Origin: Chrysomallon squamiferum
Taxonomy: Eukaryota > Animalia > Mollusca
DNA: 64,000 nucleotides
Reading direction: 5' to 3'
Assembly: GCA_012295275.1 (NCBI GenBank)
Contig: CM022667.1
Span: forward strand, 11,470,001 to 11,534,000
Made by a program: the position numbers and the translations under genes. The notes below the pieces were generated by a model, which saw only the letters and a program-made list of their open reading frames with translations, was not told where the DNA came from and did no database searches. Of this stretch, positions 45,208 through 57,333 are shown piece after piece. How positions within the stretch are numbered: position 1 is the stretch's first letter; each line of letters starts with the position of its first letter.

Positions 45208-48200
45208 CAGTATTACTACTACTACTACTATTATTATTATTATTATTATTTACATTTCTAAGAGTAAAAAAAGAACAATAACAGAAAACAAGAATAAAAT
45301 ATCTTTCATATCTTGATGTTTCGTAACTATAGTAATTATGAAACAATCATTCATTCATACAAAATGGATTTAGTCTATCAGAGAACACCATGATAGATAT
45401 CTAGTAACATGAAATTAATAGCACAACAAATTTAAAGCATTTATAATATATTTAGTACTTCTTGTGCTGTTAGCAGTCTCACAGATTAAAATAATGTGTC
45501 CAACAAAAAAAAAAAAAGTGTTAGAAGCGAAAAGTTACAGAAAGGGTTAAGCAGATTTTAAAAAAATGGAGAGGATAAGAGATTAAATATTTAAATAAAT
45601 CAATTATACCTTTAAATCAGCTAATCTGGTTTTAGCCAAAGTGATGTAGTCTGATAACAAATCTCTGCATTTGGGTGGAATATAGGGTGGTCTTAAAATG
45701 TGAACCTTCAACCAAAAAACAATAAATAAAATAATAATAATAATAAAAATAATAATATATAAAATATAGATAGACAGATACATATATATATATATATAGA
45801 TATATATATATCTATCTATATATAGATATATATATATCTATCTATATATATATATAGATAGATTTATTATATATTCTATATATATATATAAGTTCAGGAC
45901 AAATCAGAAAAACAGGAGGAACAATACTGCATTTATTTACTATATTTTGTTTAATTTTAGTTATTATTTAATAATTTTTTTTTTTAATTATATTTTTTTT
46001 TTTTTTTACCAAATTTATTTATTCAATTTTTTTATTATTTTTTTTATTATTTTTTTATTTATTTTCATATTGATTTTCCTTAATGTCTAACTCTAGGTTC
46101 TATGCTACCTTGAGATGTCTGGCTGTTTCATATGGGACAATGTCTGTGAGAAATCTCATCAGAAATGTGAAAGATTTTCTGTTTGAGGCTGGTGACCTGC
46201 AACTATCGCCAAATGTTTCCTTAAAATAAATGAGTAAACGTATAAATAAAAATAGATAGATAAAATCACAAATTCATTGCTGACTTGTATAATAAACACA
46301 TTTTTTTAATTAATTAATTAAAAGATAGTTAAGTATGTCAATAAATAAATAAATTGTAGAGTTTCTTTAATTTTTTTTTTTGAAATTTTAGTACCATATA
46401 TCATAAAATACAAAACTCAGAAGTCTATTAATAATTATTTATTAGCAATCTACTATTTCAGGATTTTATGTTTTGTTTTCCTCATAGTAATATGGAAATA
46501 TGACCTGTAAATAAATAAATAAACAAGCAAATGTTCAGCAAATGAAAATGTATTTTTCCAGAAAAGAGACTGATTAAGAAACACAGTACCTGAAACCAGT
46601 CAGAATATGACACAAAGACATGAAGACCTTCAACACAACACTGTCGAGCCAGCAGAAAACCAACAGTTGTGTTTTCCATGTCACTGTCTTCTAAACCATC
46701 TTTCAGTAACTTGGAAATATGACCTGTAAACAAACAAACAAACAAACAAACAAACAAACAAATAAATAAATAAATAAACAAATAAATAAATAAAGAACAA
46801 ACAAATAAGCAAATAAAGAAACAAATACATAAATAACAAATAAGCAAATAAATAAATAAACAGACAAAAAAATAAATAACAAATAAATATACAAACAAAT
46901 GAACAAATAAACAAAATTTACAAATAAAAGCAAGAAAGAAACTAAGTATTTTGTTAAATCAGTAAATAAATAAATAATTTATAAAGAAAGTAAATAACTG
47001 ATTATGTAAATAAAGAAACAAAGAAAGAATTAAACTAAATAATTTAGTGAATAAATAATATATAATTCTGAATATTCTTATAATTTTAATTAAAATAAAT
47101 CAATAAATAAATTAATAAATAAATAAATAAATAACAAATAAATAAATGAAAATGAAAAATGAAACAAAAAATGAATGAAAAAATGAATGAATAAAAGAAT
47201 GAATAAACAAGACTGAAGGAATAAATAAAAAATTCTAATTAAAAATCTAGTTTTCAATTTTTAACCTTTAATTTCTAGTTTTTAATTTTTAATTTTTAAT
47301 TTGCCTTTTTTTTTATCTACAATGAAATATCTAACTTTTAACATTCAATTAAAAGTTTTGTTTTTAACCTTCAATTACATTTCTACATTTTTATAATTAA
47401 ATTTTTAATTTTTAATCATTAAAAAAAAAAAAAAAAAAAAAAAAAATAATTTTTTACCTTTAATTAACTGCGGAGCTTCTGTGAAGCAGACGAGAAATGT
47501 TGCCAGAAAAGTGAGAATTGTCTCCCAGTTTACTTCCTGTCTGTCAAGGATTCTCTGTAAGAGGTCTACAATCTCGCCAGCCTCAAACGGAATAAACAAC
47601 TGTAATTAGAAATAAATTAATTAGCAAATTAAGAAACGATCAAATCAATAAAAATTACAATTCAGAACAAAAGTACTCAATTTATCTGTAATACAAACTG
47701 AATAAAACTAAATCAATAAATGAAATTAATGAGAAAGATGCAATAAAGGAAGGAAATAAAGTGAAAGAAAGATAGAAAAAAACAGATAATAAAAAAATGA
47801 ATAAATTAACAAATAAAGAAATACTGAATTTGAGACAAAAGCAAATTATCAGCAATTTGAAATAAATAAATACACCAAGATATATATAAATCAGAGAGAA
47901 AAAATAAAAAAAATATAAACAAATAAGAAACAACAAAAAAAAAATTCAAAGAAGGTTTCAGAAAAAGTAAGAAAAAAGAATGAAAAGGGAAAATGAGAGA
48001 GAAAGAAAAAAATAAGAAAGGTAAAAAAATAAAAAATAAAAGCAGTCAAATTACCTGTTTATAAAAATTAGAAATACAGGTGTTTACTTTAGCAGATTTC
48101 CAGTTGCTTTGTTCTTTCAAAGCCTGAGAAACTAAAACAGCAATAGATTATGAATTATTTAATTTAAAACCCCCCACTTTAAAAAAAATAAATTAAAACA

Positions 48201-50210
48201 ATTAAAAGAAAAAAAAATTTAGGACATAACTTCTAACGACAAGAATTTATAAATATCAGTATAATAATAAATTATAAATCAAATGCTTAAAAATTACCCA
48301 CCCAACACACACACACACACAAACACATTAAAAGGACACACACACACACACAAAAATAATCAAAATCTAAACCAATCATGTCCACAAAATTTCTTTTTAC
48401 AATTATTAAAATAATCTGAATTTGTTTAACAAAAAAAAATAATAATAACAACAAATAAATGAAATTAAAATATTCTGTTCAAAATTTGAAGTAGAAACCT
48501 TTCAGGTGAGGTTGGTAACTCATTGTGAGTGAGAGTGTGTGAGTACAGAATTTCTTCAAGCTAACTGGACTGATTTCTGTACATGGTGCAAACCAGGAAA
48601 CAGTCAGCAGAGATTTTTCTTTAGACTTATCTAGAACATCTGAAGGAAAAAAAAATAAAAAAAAATAATATATAAAATTTGAGATTTAAATAACTGAAAA
48701 CAAATATAAAAATTAAAAAATAATAATAATAAAAAATAATGACTGTGAAAATGATAAAAAAAATAATAATTATAGCTGAAAATAATAAATAATAACAATC
48801 ATAATAATAATAGAAATTAATAATGAAAATAATAATGATGATAATAACAACAATATATATAATAATAATGATAATAAAAATATACAGTAAAATTAAAAAA
48901 AGTGAAAAAGTTTGAAAATAGAACATTCAATTACTTTTAATATATATATTAAAGATTTAACATCAAAAGTAATAACAGTAACAACAAATCAATCAAAAAT
49001 AATTTAAACTTACCTGCAAATTATAGCTTATAAAAATACTATTGCAGAAATTTAAGTCCACGATGTTTTACTTAGAAATTTTAAATCATATAAATATGTT
49101 AAAATTCTAATGAACTATGCAGTAAAAATAAAATAATTATAAAATACATTGTTTTTCTTATGTTAATTTAGGAGACTTACTTTTTGTTACTTCATCCAAA
49201 ACAGAAATGCAAAACTGCAAAAAACAGAAAACCACTTAAGTTAAAAATTTAACAATAATGAATAACAAAAGAACCTAAAGGAAACACTCAAGTATACTAA
49301 CTTAAGTTCTGTAAGAAATAAATTAATTTTTATTTTTAATTCTTCTGTCCAGATGTTAAATTCATTTTAAACATCTGTAATGGTCCTACATTGGAAAGCC
49401 TAACACAAAAATTTAATTATAAGCCAAAATCTGAAATATTTCTTAAATGGCTGAAAGCATAGCATTTCTTTTTTCTTCAACAGTACTCAGAGACTTATAA
49501 ACACATTGTCAACCTCCCAGTTTTTTCTACTTTAATCTTTGTATATACTTTAAAACTTCTAATGAGTTTACAGCTTATAGTGTGTGTTGATATTTATGTT
49601 AATAATTTAAAACTTCATTCAGTAAAATAAACTTTTTTAAAATTACAGGGATAATTATATTTTTAAAAATTACATGTAAAAGTTACATTTTTCAATGTTT
49701 CTGATGTTTCTTCTTTTTTTCTTTTCTCTGGAAAGCCATGGTTTATAAGAAAACATATGAACCCTGAAAAAAAAAAAAAAAAAAAAAAAAAAAATAAATA
49801 AAAAATAAAAAATTGATATCCTGTTTTAATATAAACTCAGTATACTTTGAAAAAGTAATCTAAAATTAAATGGCTTTGCCTTTAAGCATTTGTGTGTAAA
49901 TATATATATATATATTTTGATGATGTCACATACTTAAAACAATAATAATATAATAAGGACATGTGTGTGTGTACATTAAGACAGTCAGATAACATTCAGA
50001 GAAACAAACAGACAAATGGACTCAGGATGAAAAATTTAACCAACAAAATGGATGATTTCTACCTTTTATAACTTCTTCTTTAAATGGTTCATTTCCTTCA
50101 CAAGCACTCAACTGGAAAAGCTGGTGAGCAAGATCTTGAGTAAATTTCTCTTGTGAATGTTTGCTGAGAAAAAAACAGAAGAAACTATTGTTGATGCAGT
50201 ATTGATGCAT

Positions 50211-50271
<61 letters not shown>

Positions 50272-51585
50272 ATGCGTGTGTGCATGTGTGTGTGTGTGTG
50301 TGTGTAAAACAAAACATTTATACATCTAAATCTGTGTTGATGTAAAATAATTTTTGTTTTTTACCTGTTAATAATGTTATCCAACACAACTAAACTTTTA
50401 GTATGAAGAAGCCACAAAACTTCCAGTGGTAATGAAACCTGCAAAACATTTTAATTTTTTAATAATAAATAATAATAATAATAATAATAATAACAATAAC
50501 AACAATTATGGCTACTAATACTGAAATCAGGCTTCACATGGAATGGTTATAGTAACAGATAATTCAAACATGGCTGTGTATAACATAGAAATGACAGCTG
50601 GTAACACAGATATGGTTACAGATGTGGTTGTGCAATTAGGTGATAAACAGTAATGTCTGGCTAATAACAGCACAAATAAATTACAAGAGGTACGAAACAG
50701 TTACCTCCCTTGTCAATACTGTAATGAAGTGACTTCTGTGAAATTGTTGTTCTTGTATAAACCTCTGGATTATTTGTAAACAGGTAACCATTTTCTCCTG
50801 AAATTATCAACAAAAATTAAACCAAAATCATTATGCACTGAAGTATGACTTATTTTTAAACCAATAATAATTTATAATTAATTATTTTTTATTTTATTCA
50901 TTCATTCATTTATTTATTTAGTTAATCAAACAGTTATTTCATACTCTGTTCAGTGGAGTCAGAAGTTCTTTGCATTCACTGTTGCCATGGTTACACTGTA
51001 TGATTTCAATAATTTTCTTTGCACACATCTCAGCTGAAGCAATATTTGATGTTTGACCTTTGGTCATGGCTTCCTGATACAGACAATGTGATACTGAAAT
51101 AAATTAAAAATTTTAATTTAAATAAATAAAATTAACAAAAGTTATTTGAAACTGTTTTTTAAAAAAGTTTATAATTATAAGCAGTAATAAATTTTCATTT
51201 GTTTTAGTTTATATTTATTTATTTATTTTTTTTTTTTTTTTTTTCTAATGTGGATATTTTATTACTCTGTTACTTCATAAATTGATCTGTCTTAAAAGAA
51301 TATTAAAACTAAAAATATAATATTTTTTATCAGATCAATATGAATAAATATTTCAAAATTCTTTCTTTTATATCTTTTATTTTATATAATTCTTAATGCA
51401 TTTCCTGTATATATCATGTGTTATTATGATTATTATGTTATAGCTGTCATTATTAATCTAATTCTTGTTAAATACATTTTAATGTCATTATTATTAGTTA
51501 CTATTTTGATATAAATATTTTATTATTTCAGTTTATTTTTATATGTATATATATATATTATTTTTTTGCTCTTTTTTTTTTTTTA

Positions 51586-51618
<33 letters not shown>

Positions 51619-53422
51619 TTTTATATTATATGTTATTTTTCACATTAATCTGAATAAAGGCACAATATATTGTATTATAAGATAATAATTATCTTGTCAA
51701 GTTTGTTTTTATTTATTATTTTTAATTTTTCTTCATCCTCATTTTCACCTGCTGGTAGCAGCAATGTCATCTTCTGATTTGAGCAGGTTTTTTCATGATC
51801 ATCCAAATTTCCTGATTTTAATTTCAGAATCTGGTAAGAAATAAATGATTAATTTAATACAAATAAAAGATTCATCAGCACAGACTATATAATAGTAAGT
51901 TTACATGCAAAATGTCTAGTATATACAAATAATTATTAATTATAATTAATAAAATATTGATGAAATAATAAATAAACATTTCAAATAAAGTTAAATATTG
52001 AAGAAACTATAATTTATAGACAACATAAATAATTATTATTAAAATATGAAGAACAAATAAATACAATTAATGTAAGAAAATGTAATGCACTAATCATTAG
52101 TAAACACTTAAGAAATAATAAATAAATAATTAAAATAAAATTAAGTACTGAAGAACCTATATTCATAATTATTAATAATATACTGCAGAAATAATAAAGA
52201 AATAATTAAAACAAAATTAAGTATTGAAGAACCTATATTTATAATTATTAATAATATACTTCAGAAATAATATAAAGAAATAATTAAAATATAATTAAAT
52301 ATTGACAAACCTATAGTTATAATTATTAATAAATTCTTAAGAAATAACAAATAAGTGGTTAAAATAAGATTAATAATGCTGAAACAATAAACAAATTAAC
52401 TAAAAAGGCACACAAACCTCTGACATTAAACTATCCGTGTTCTGCTGCATTGAAATGAGTTGAAAAACTGCATCATGTAATTCCAGTCGACTTGTCTGAG
52501 ACAAAGAACATGGCTTGGGCTTTCGCTTTCCTAAAAACAAACCAAACTGACGATAACAGTCAGCTTTTTACTAGCTTAAATGGGCAGCAGATTCCTACAT
52601 ACACTTTCTAATAATTACAATTATTTTGTTTAACTATGAGTTATTGATACATATGTAACTGATAACTAGTTTATCATGCTTTGTGTTTGGATGATGAATA
52701 CTACTTTATTCTTCATAATTATCATTATTAGTTGTAAAAGACCAGCATTTATCTTAGACTTGGTAGTTATGTGATAAAAGCCATATCTGCTCCATTGTGA
52801 AAGAAGAAAGGTCACCTGATTCATCTTTAGAGTTGTTTTTTTTTGTTTTGTTTCTTTTGACATGAGATCTTTAATAAACAATGACAGACAAGTTTAAATA
52901 ATATCTTCTTTCTGATAATAATGTTGATTACAAACAAAGTTTGTAGGAAGTTGGAATTTGCTTATTTTTTGGTCACCTCTAATTTTTCTTTCAATTGATG
53001 TGTCATTTTACATGGAAAATTATGCTTTTCAAAATTTGGTCAAATATTTTGACTTATTTATTAAATAATCTGGTAACTGAACGATACCTCTGTTATTAAT
53101 TGATGGTCTAATAACAACCACAGCATCAAATGTTATGACATTTTGTTCCTATGTCAAAGTGTATTTCACTTTCATTTAAAATCTTGTTGTGTAGTTGCTA
53201 ATTAGCTATTAAAGATTACCTACTAATTATTACTGTATTAGTTTACTTTGCTTATTAGGACCCGGCCAGTACAATTAAGAATTAGGAGGAATGTAGAAAA
53301 GAAAAGGTGGAGTAATTAACAGCTACATATGAATTATTTGTAATAATATTACTTATAAGATCGGAATATTCTTTATCCATATCGGTGGATTTACTGTCAC
53401 CATTTCCCAGTGTGAATGACAT
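29717..53422 (-). CDS. FANCA: Fanconi anemia group A protein orthologue (39 coding exons, 4149 nt, ~1382 aa)
   Basis: Exons 5'->3': 53422-53353, 52530-52418, 51830-51749, 51093-50945, 50797-50705, 50438-50365, 50163-50063, 49763-49687, 49214-49181, 48639-48499, 48131-48055, 47599-47458, 46723-46590, 46219-46109, 45705-45610, 44947-44894, 44612-44533, 44086-44026, 43616-43490, 43229-43092, 42502-42369, 41888-41727, 41304-41105, 40651-40546, 40310-40173, 39573-39500, 38711-38583, 37835-37739, 37490-37351, 36761-36656, 36160-36104, 34776-34690, 33842-33745, 32330-32183, 31745-31683, 31298-31144, 30692-30554, 30077-29985, 29785-29717. All phases are compatible. Peptides recognised from memory of vertebrate FANCA: [104 protein letters not shown], plus an N-terminal basic NLS-like RKRKPK. 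Some C-terminal exon boundaries are less certain. Confidence 0.93.
35316..36015 (+). mobile_element. Internally deleted Tc1/mariner-superfamily Tigger/pogo DNA transposon (700 bp) in FANCA intron 31
   Basis: Imperfect TIRs (left CAGTAGCACCTTGATTTTTGAGT; right end reverse-complemented CAGTGGTACCTTGACTTACGAGT) with TA on both sides (35314-35315, 36016-36017). From ATG 35539 it encodes a psq-type HTH transposase N-terminus ([62 protein letters not shown]). No DDE domain. Confidence 0.9.
36969..38992. repeat. Pair of ~180-bp intronic inverted repeats (36969-37150 and 38821-38992)
   Basis: Perfect 29-bp core: CTAACAATAAAGTATGGCAATAAAAGATG (37032-37060) is the reverse complement of 38902-38930. 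Flanks align with mismatches (AATGGCATTGTATTATTAGA; TGATATTTyACTGTTTT). Confidence 0.85.
39559..39782. repeat. 112-bp tandem duplication spanning the FANCA exon 26 acceptor
   Basis: GCTAGCAAAAGTGATCTGAAATAAATATATTAATC...CTTATTGGTTAT occurs at 39559-39670 and again at 39671-39782, identical by eye. Confidence 0.92.
51930..52380. repeat. Degenerate ~75-bp AT-rich tandem repeat in FANCA intron 2
   Basis: Recurring AGAAATAATAAA..AATAATTAAAA..AAATTAAGTAyTGAAGAACCTATATTyATAATTATTAATAA units, about 4-6 copies. Confidence 0.7.
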
Positions 53423-53540
53423 TTTTCGTGTCCAAATTTCCCGCTAATCTCCAGCAACTTCGCGTCAAGACCATCGTCCGCTATTCGTTTTTCATAGTCT
53501 GCTACGCTTCGAACGTTTAACAAACACCCAGTCAAACAAA
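53423..53540. promoter_or_regulatory. Compact bidirectional promoter shared by FANCA and NDUFB9, with an E2F/CHR-like element
   Basis: 118 bp separate the divergent ATGs; the interval is CpG-richer than the flanks. TTTCCCGC (E2F consensus TTTSSCGC) lies at 53437-53444; the minus strand reads TTAGCGG-GAAA-TTTGGA (53447-53431). Confidence 0.75.
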
Positions 53541-56117
53541 ATGTCGTATATGCAAACGAATCTGATTTCACACGCTCGGCGTGTCAGACGTTTGTATAAG
53601 GAAGGCTGTCGACTTTTGCAGGCTAATTTTCAGCAGAGGTATACAGAATATTCCTATGCATACTTTTTACAGTTTTATGCATTTGTCTTTTTTTTTCAGG
53701 ATATATTTAACCATCATTTTCAAGGCCAAACAAGGACAAATAAAATAAGTAGTTGGTTTATTTTTGTTTAAACATCAGGTTCACTTATAAAATATATTTT
53801 CGCAGTAACGTAACTTTATCCAACTTACTTGTTAAAACGATCGTTAACACTAATAATTAATATACAATTTATTATAAATACCTTAGAAAGCGTATACTAA
53901 GGATTGTGATATAGTTCAGCAATCGCTGAACGAGTAGTCATGTACGTGACATAAAGTTGATAAACTTTGACATAAATTATATTAACAGGATCATTCAAAA
54001 ATTGTAAAAATTCAAAACCCAGATAAGCTTTATTTTATAAATAAAATATAAATAATAGTATTGCACTCCTCATAACTGCCCAAAACGGTGTCAGACGATT
54101 TTAATATGAGAGGAATAATTCTACAAGTAAACATTCATGAAATAATTTTGCAACATAATTAAAGAAAGAAGTCGAAGATAAATATACTTTGTCAGCAGTA
54201 TATAAAATTTTATTTTATGATTTTCTACTGATGTTAAATTATGCTGCAGGAATAAGTTTAACATGATTGTAAAAATTGCACATTTCATTTTATTTTTGTA
54301 TTCAACAATATTGTTCATGCAACTTGAAAAATATATATATAATAATAATATTATAAATCATAAAATTTAAACTGTTTCATTTCTCAGTGAATAGGTATTC
54401 TTTCTGTTATTTAATATTATTACTTCATCAAACATTAGAGACAATCATAAAATACTTTTTAATATAATTTTTTTTATAATTCTTGACAGTGTTGTCATTT
54501 TATTTCAGACATATTTTCCGATACAATGCAGTCCTGCTTCGAGCCAGGTTTGACGAACACAAGAATGAAACTGACATGCGTAAAGTAAAGAAACTTCTGC
54601 TGGATGGGGAGAGAGAACTGTTTTTGAAATCACATCCACAGCCATACAAATGTAAACATTCATTTTATATAATACACAGGTCACAAAATATATTCTTATA
54701 TAAACCTAATTTCCTACAGTCCTACCAGTCCTAAATTCTTGGAGTTTTATACTATTATAAAAACAACACTTGCATAATGTAAACATTTTAAAAAACAAAT
54801 ATGCCTCTGATTATATATATATAAATATAATTGTTTTCTGCTAAATATACAGTTTTTTGTCCCAGTTTGGTTACTCAGTGATAAAAACAAAGAAAAAGAT
54901 ATTTCCAATTATAAACTCTTACATGATTTCTGTAAATTAAATAACAAATTATACTTGTATGATGAATTTTACCCAGCACTAATTTGATGTTCAGAACTTA
55001 TTTGTCAATTTAAAAGGCCACTGGCATGGACTATTAGCTGTTAATTCCAAAGTTTTCATTCAACCCCAACTACATTTTTTGTTTCTAAATTTTGGGTACA
55101 TCCAGCATTGGCTGTACTAACTGTCAATTTAAAAAGCACTGCCATAGACTGATGCTTAAATAATCTACTCTTTCTTGTGTGTTCTTAGTTTAATATTTTA
55201 AGATATTATTCATCAGTTTTCTTTAATAAACAATAATAATTATTTGTTTATTCTTGTGTTCTAGACATCGTAGATTAACTTTTTTTTAAAAATGTTATGC
55301 TAGAAAGGTAAAATAATTTTGTTTTTTATTATTTTGTGATCAAGAATGAAGCTATATAAATGTTGAGTAAATGAAACTTAAAATTTATTTTCCAGTTCCA
55401 CATTCACCTGGAGGTGTAGCATTTGGTCGTGAACCCCATGTACCTGACTGGGTGAGTTTGTGTTAACCTTATATGTTAACATACACACATACGTATACTT
55501 TTATTTTATTTTATGTATGAAGTTATTATTATTATTCTTTATTCTTTATTATTTATTTTTTTATTCTTGTATTCTTTTTTTATTCTTTATTATGTTAACA
55601 AGCCACACGCATGTTATGATTATTATTATTTTTATTTTTTATTCTTTTTATTAATGCTTCTTTTGTTATTGTTATTTCTACTACAGCTACTACTACTTTT
55701 ATTATTATTACTATTATTATTATTATATATGACTTTATCTCTTATGCCACTGAACAGACTGAAACTTATTTTTGCTTTATTCATTTACTTTTTTTTTAAT
55801 TATTATTATTATCCAACATTATTTTAATGTATTTGTTGTGTGTTTTTATGTGTTATTTTAGCTCTTCTATTTGATGTTATTTTATTTATTTATTTATTTA
55901 TTTATTTTTATTATTATTATTTTTTATTTTTTTATGTTATTTATTTATTTGTGTGTTCATTATTCCATGTTATTTTTCTCAGCTACTGGACACATGGACA
56001 CCACTGGAGAAAGCTCAGTATCCAGAATATTTTGCAAGACGAGAGATCAGAAAGAAAGAATATATCGAGAGGTGGGAGAAGAAGTATGGCAAAATAGAGC
56101 AGGAGGAACTACACTGA
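53541..56117 (+). CDS. NDUFB9: NADH dehydrogenase [ubiquinone] 1 beta subcomplex subunit 9 (complex I B22, LYR family), 143 aa
   Basis: Exons 53541-53638, 54509-54651, 55396-55451 and 55983-56117 (GT-AG, in frame). Motifs SHARRVRRLYK (LYR-type), [68 protein letters not shown] at 56205-56210. Confidence 0.95.
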
Positions 56118-57294
56118 CCCACCACAACAATTAAAGACTTTATCTTCAGTTTTGATCTTCTTTCAGTGCTGTGTTGATGTCTGCTATACTGTTAGGCTCA
56201 AAGAAATAAACCTTTTTTTTTCAGATTTAAAAGAGAAAGAAAAGAAAGAAACATTTAAATATATATGGTTATTTGTTATAGTGGTACAAGTAAACGTGAA
56301 TTCTTTGAAAATAAAACTGGTTGTATTGTTCATAGTTTAGCTGGAAGTAAGAACAGAAGAAGTTGATGGAAAGAGAAACATCATTTATAGCTAAAACAAT
56401 TAGAAACAGCCACACTGAAATTTGGAACCATGAACATGTTTTTAAATAAACATCTTTGATTTTTGACTGAATTAAAAGAGATTTTTTTTGTTTGTTTGTT
56501 TTTACGATTTTTTCAATGTGTGTGTGTGTGTGTGATAGATACTAATATATTTGCTATGATAACATATTTATATATACTGCATTATTTTTTTCAGGATGTA
56601 AAGCTATAGGGTAATTTTTCAGTTTATATTGACATATCGAAACAGAATTGATACATGTTGAATGCATCATTTCTCACCTATCCAGAACAATATTTGCTTG
56701 ATTTCTATTTTATATGTGATGATGAAGAAACTAAAATTGGTATGTTTTTCAAAACTTTAATATTTAAAACAACTAAGAAAATGACTATTTCTAACTGTAG
56801 CATAAAAAAATTTAATTAAAAAAAAAAAAAAAAAAAAGACCTGTAAAATACGCAGGATAGTGCAAAAAAAAAAAAAAAAAAAAAAAAATTAATTTTATTT
56901 CTATCTTTCAGTGATATTTAATAAACATTTGAGAGATTTAACTAGGAAAAAAAATATATTATTGTGAAACAGCAAAGATTGTTTAATTTTATTTTGAAAA
57001 TAACCACTCCATTTTCCATATACAAAGAGTGTAATATAACTAGCTGCTTTAATGTTGGACATAAATAAATTATTTCCTCCTATTTTAACAAAATGAATTA
57101 ATATATCAGCAAAACGTACAAACAGAATGTCGAGTTTTTAGTGAAATACAATAATAGTTCATAGGTCAGTAAATATAGTGTATATTTGTTTATTAGCTTG
57201 GGAACCAGTAACGACATAACAAATGCATAGTGTTTAATTATTTACATTCTGGGATCTCTAACATACTTTTCGTTACCTGACACTATCATGACTA

Positions 57295-57333
<39 letters not shown>

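Noticed and set aside
45765-45890. Palindromic-looking (TA)/(TAGA)/(TCTA) tract (similar at 5165-5345)
   Set aside because: Self-complementarity is a trivial property of AT microsatellites.
49009-49110. Strong unused donor CAG|GTAAGT in FANCA intron 9
   Set aside because: No acceptor gives a stop-free phase-1/phase-1 exon, and exons 9 and 10 join directly. It could only be a poison exon, which cannot be supported without RNA data.
52810-53006. Alternative FANCA first exons ([16 protein letters not shown]|GTGACC and [10 protein letters not shown]|GTGACC)
   Set aside because: Both end in phase 0, whereas exon 2 needs phase 1; the exon at 53422-53353 fits.
53353-53571. 72-aa minus-strand ORF spanning the bidirectional promoter
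   Set aside because: Different frame from FANCA exon 1, non-ATG start, overlaps the NDUFB9 start, no recognisable protein features.
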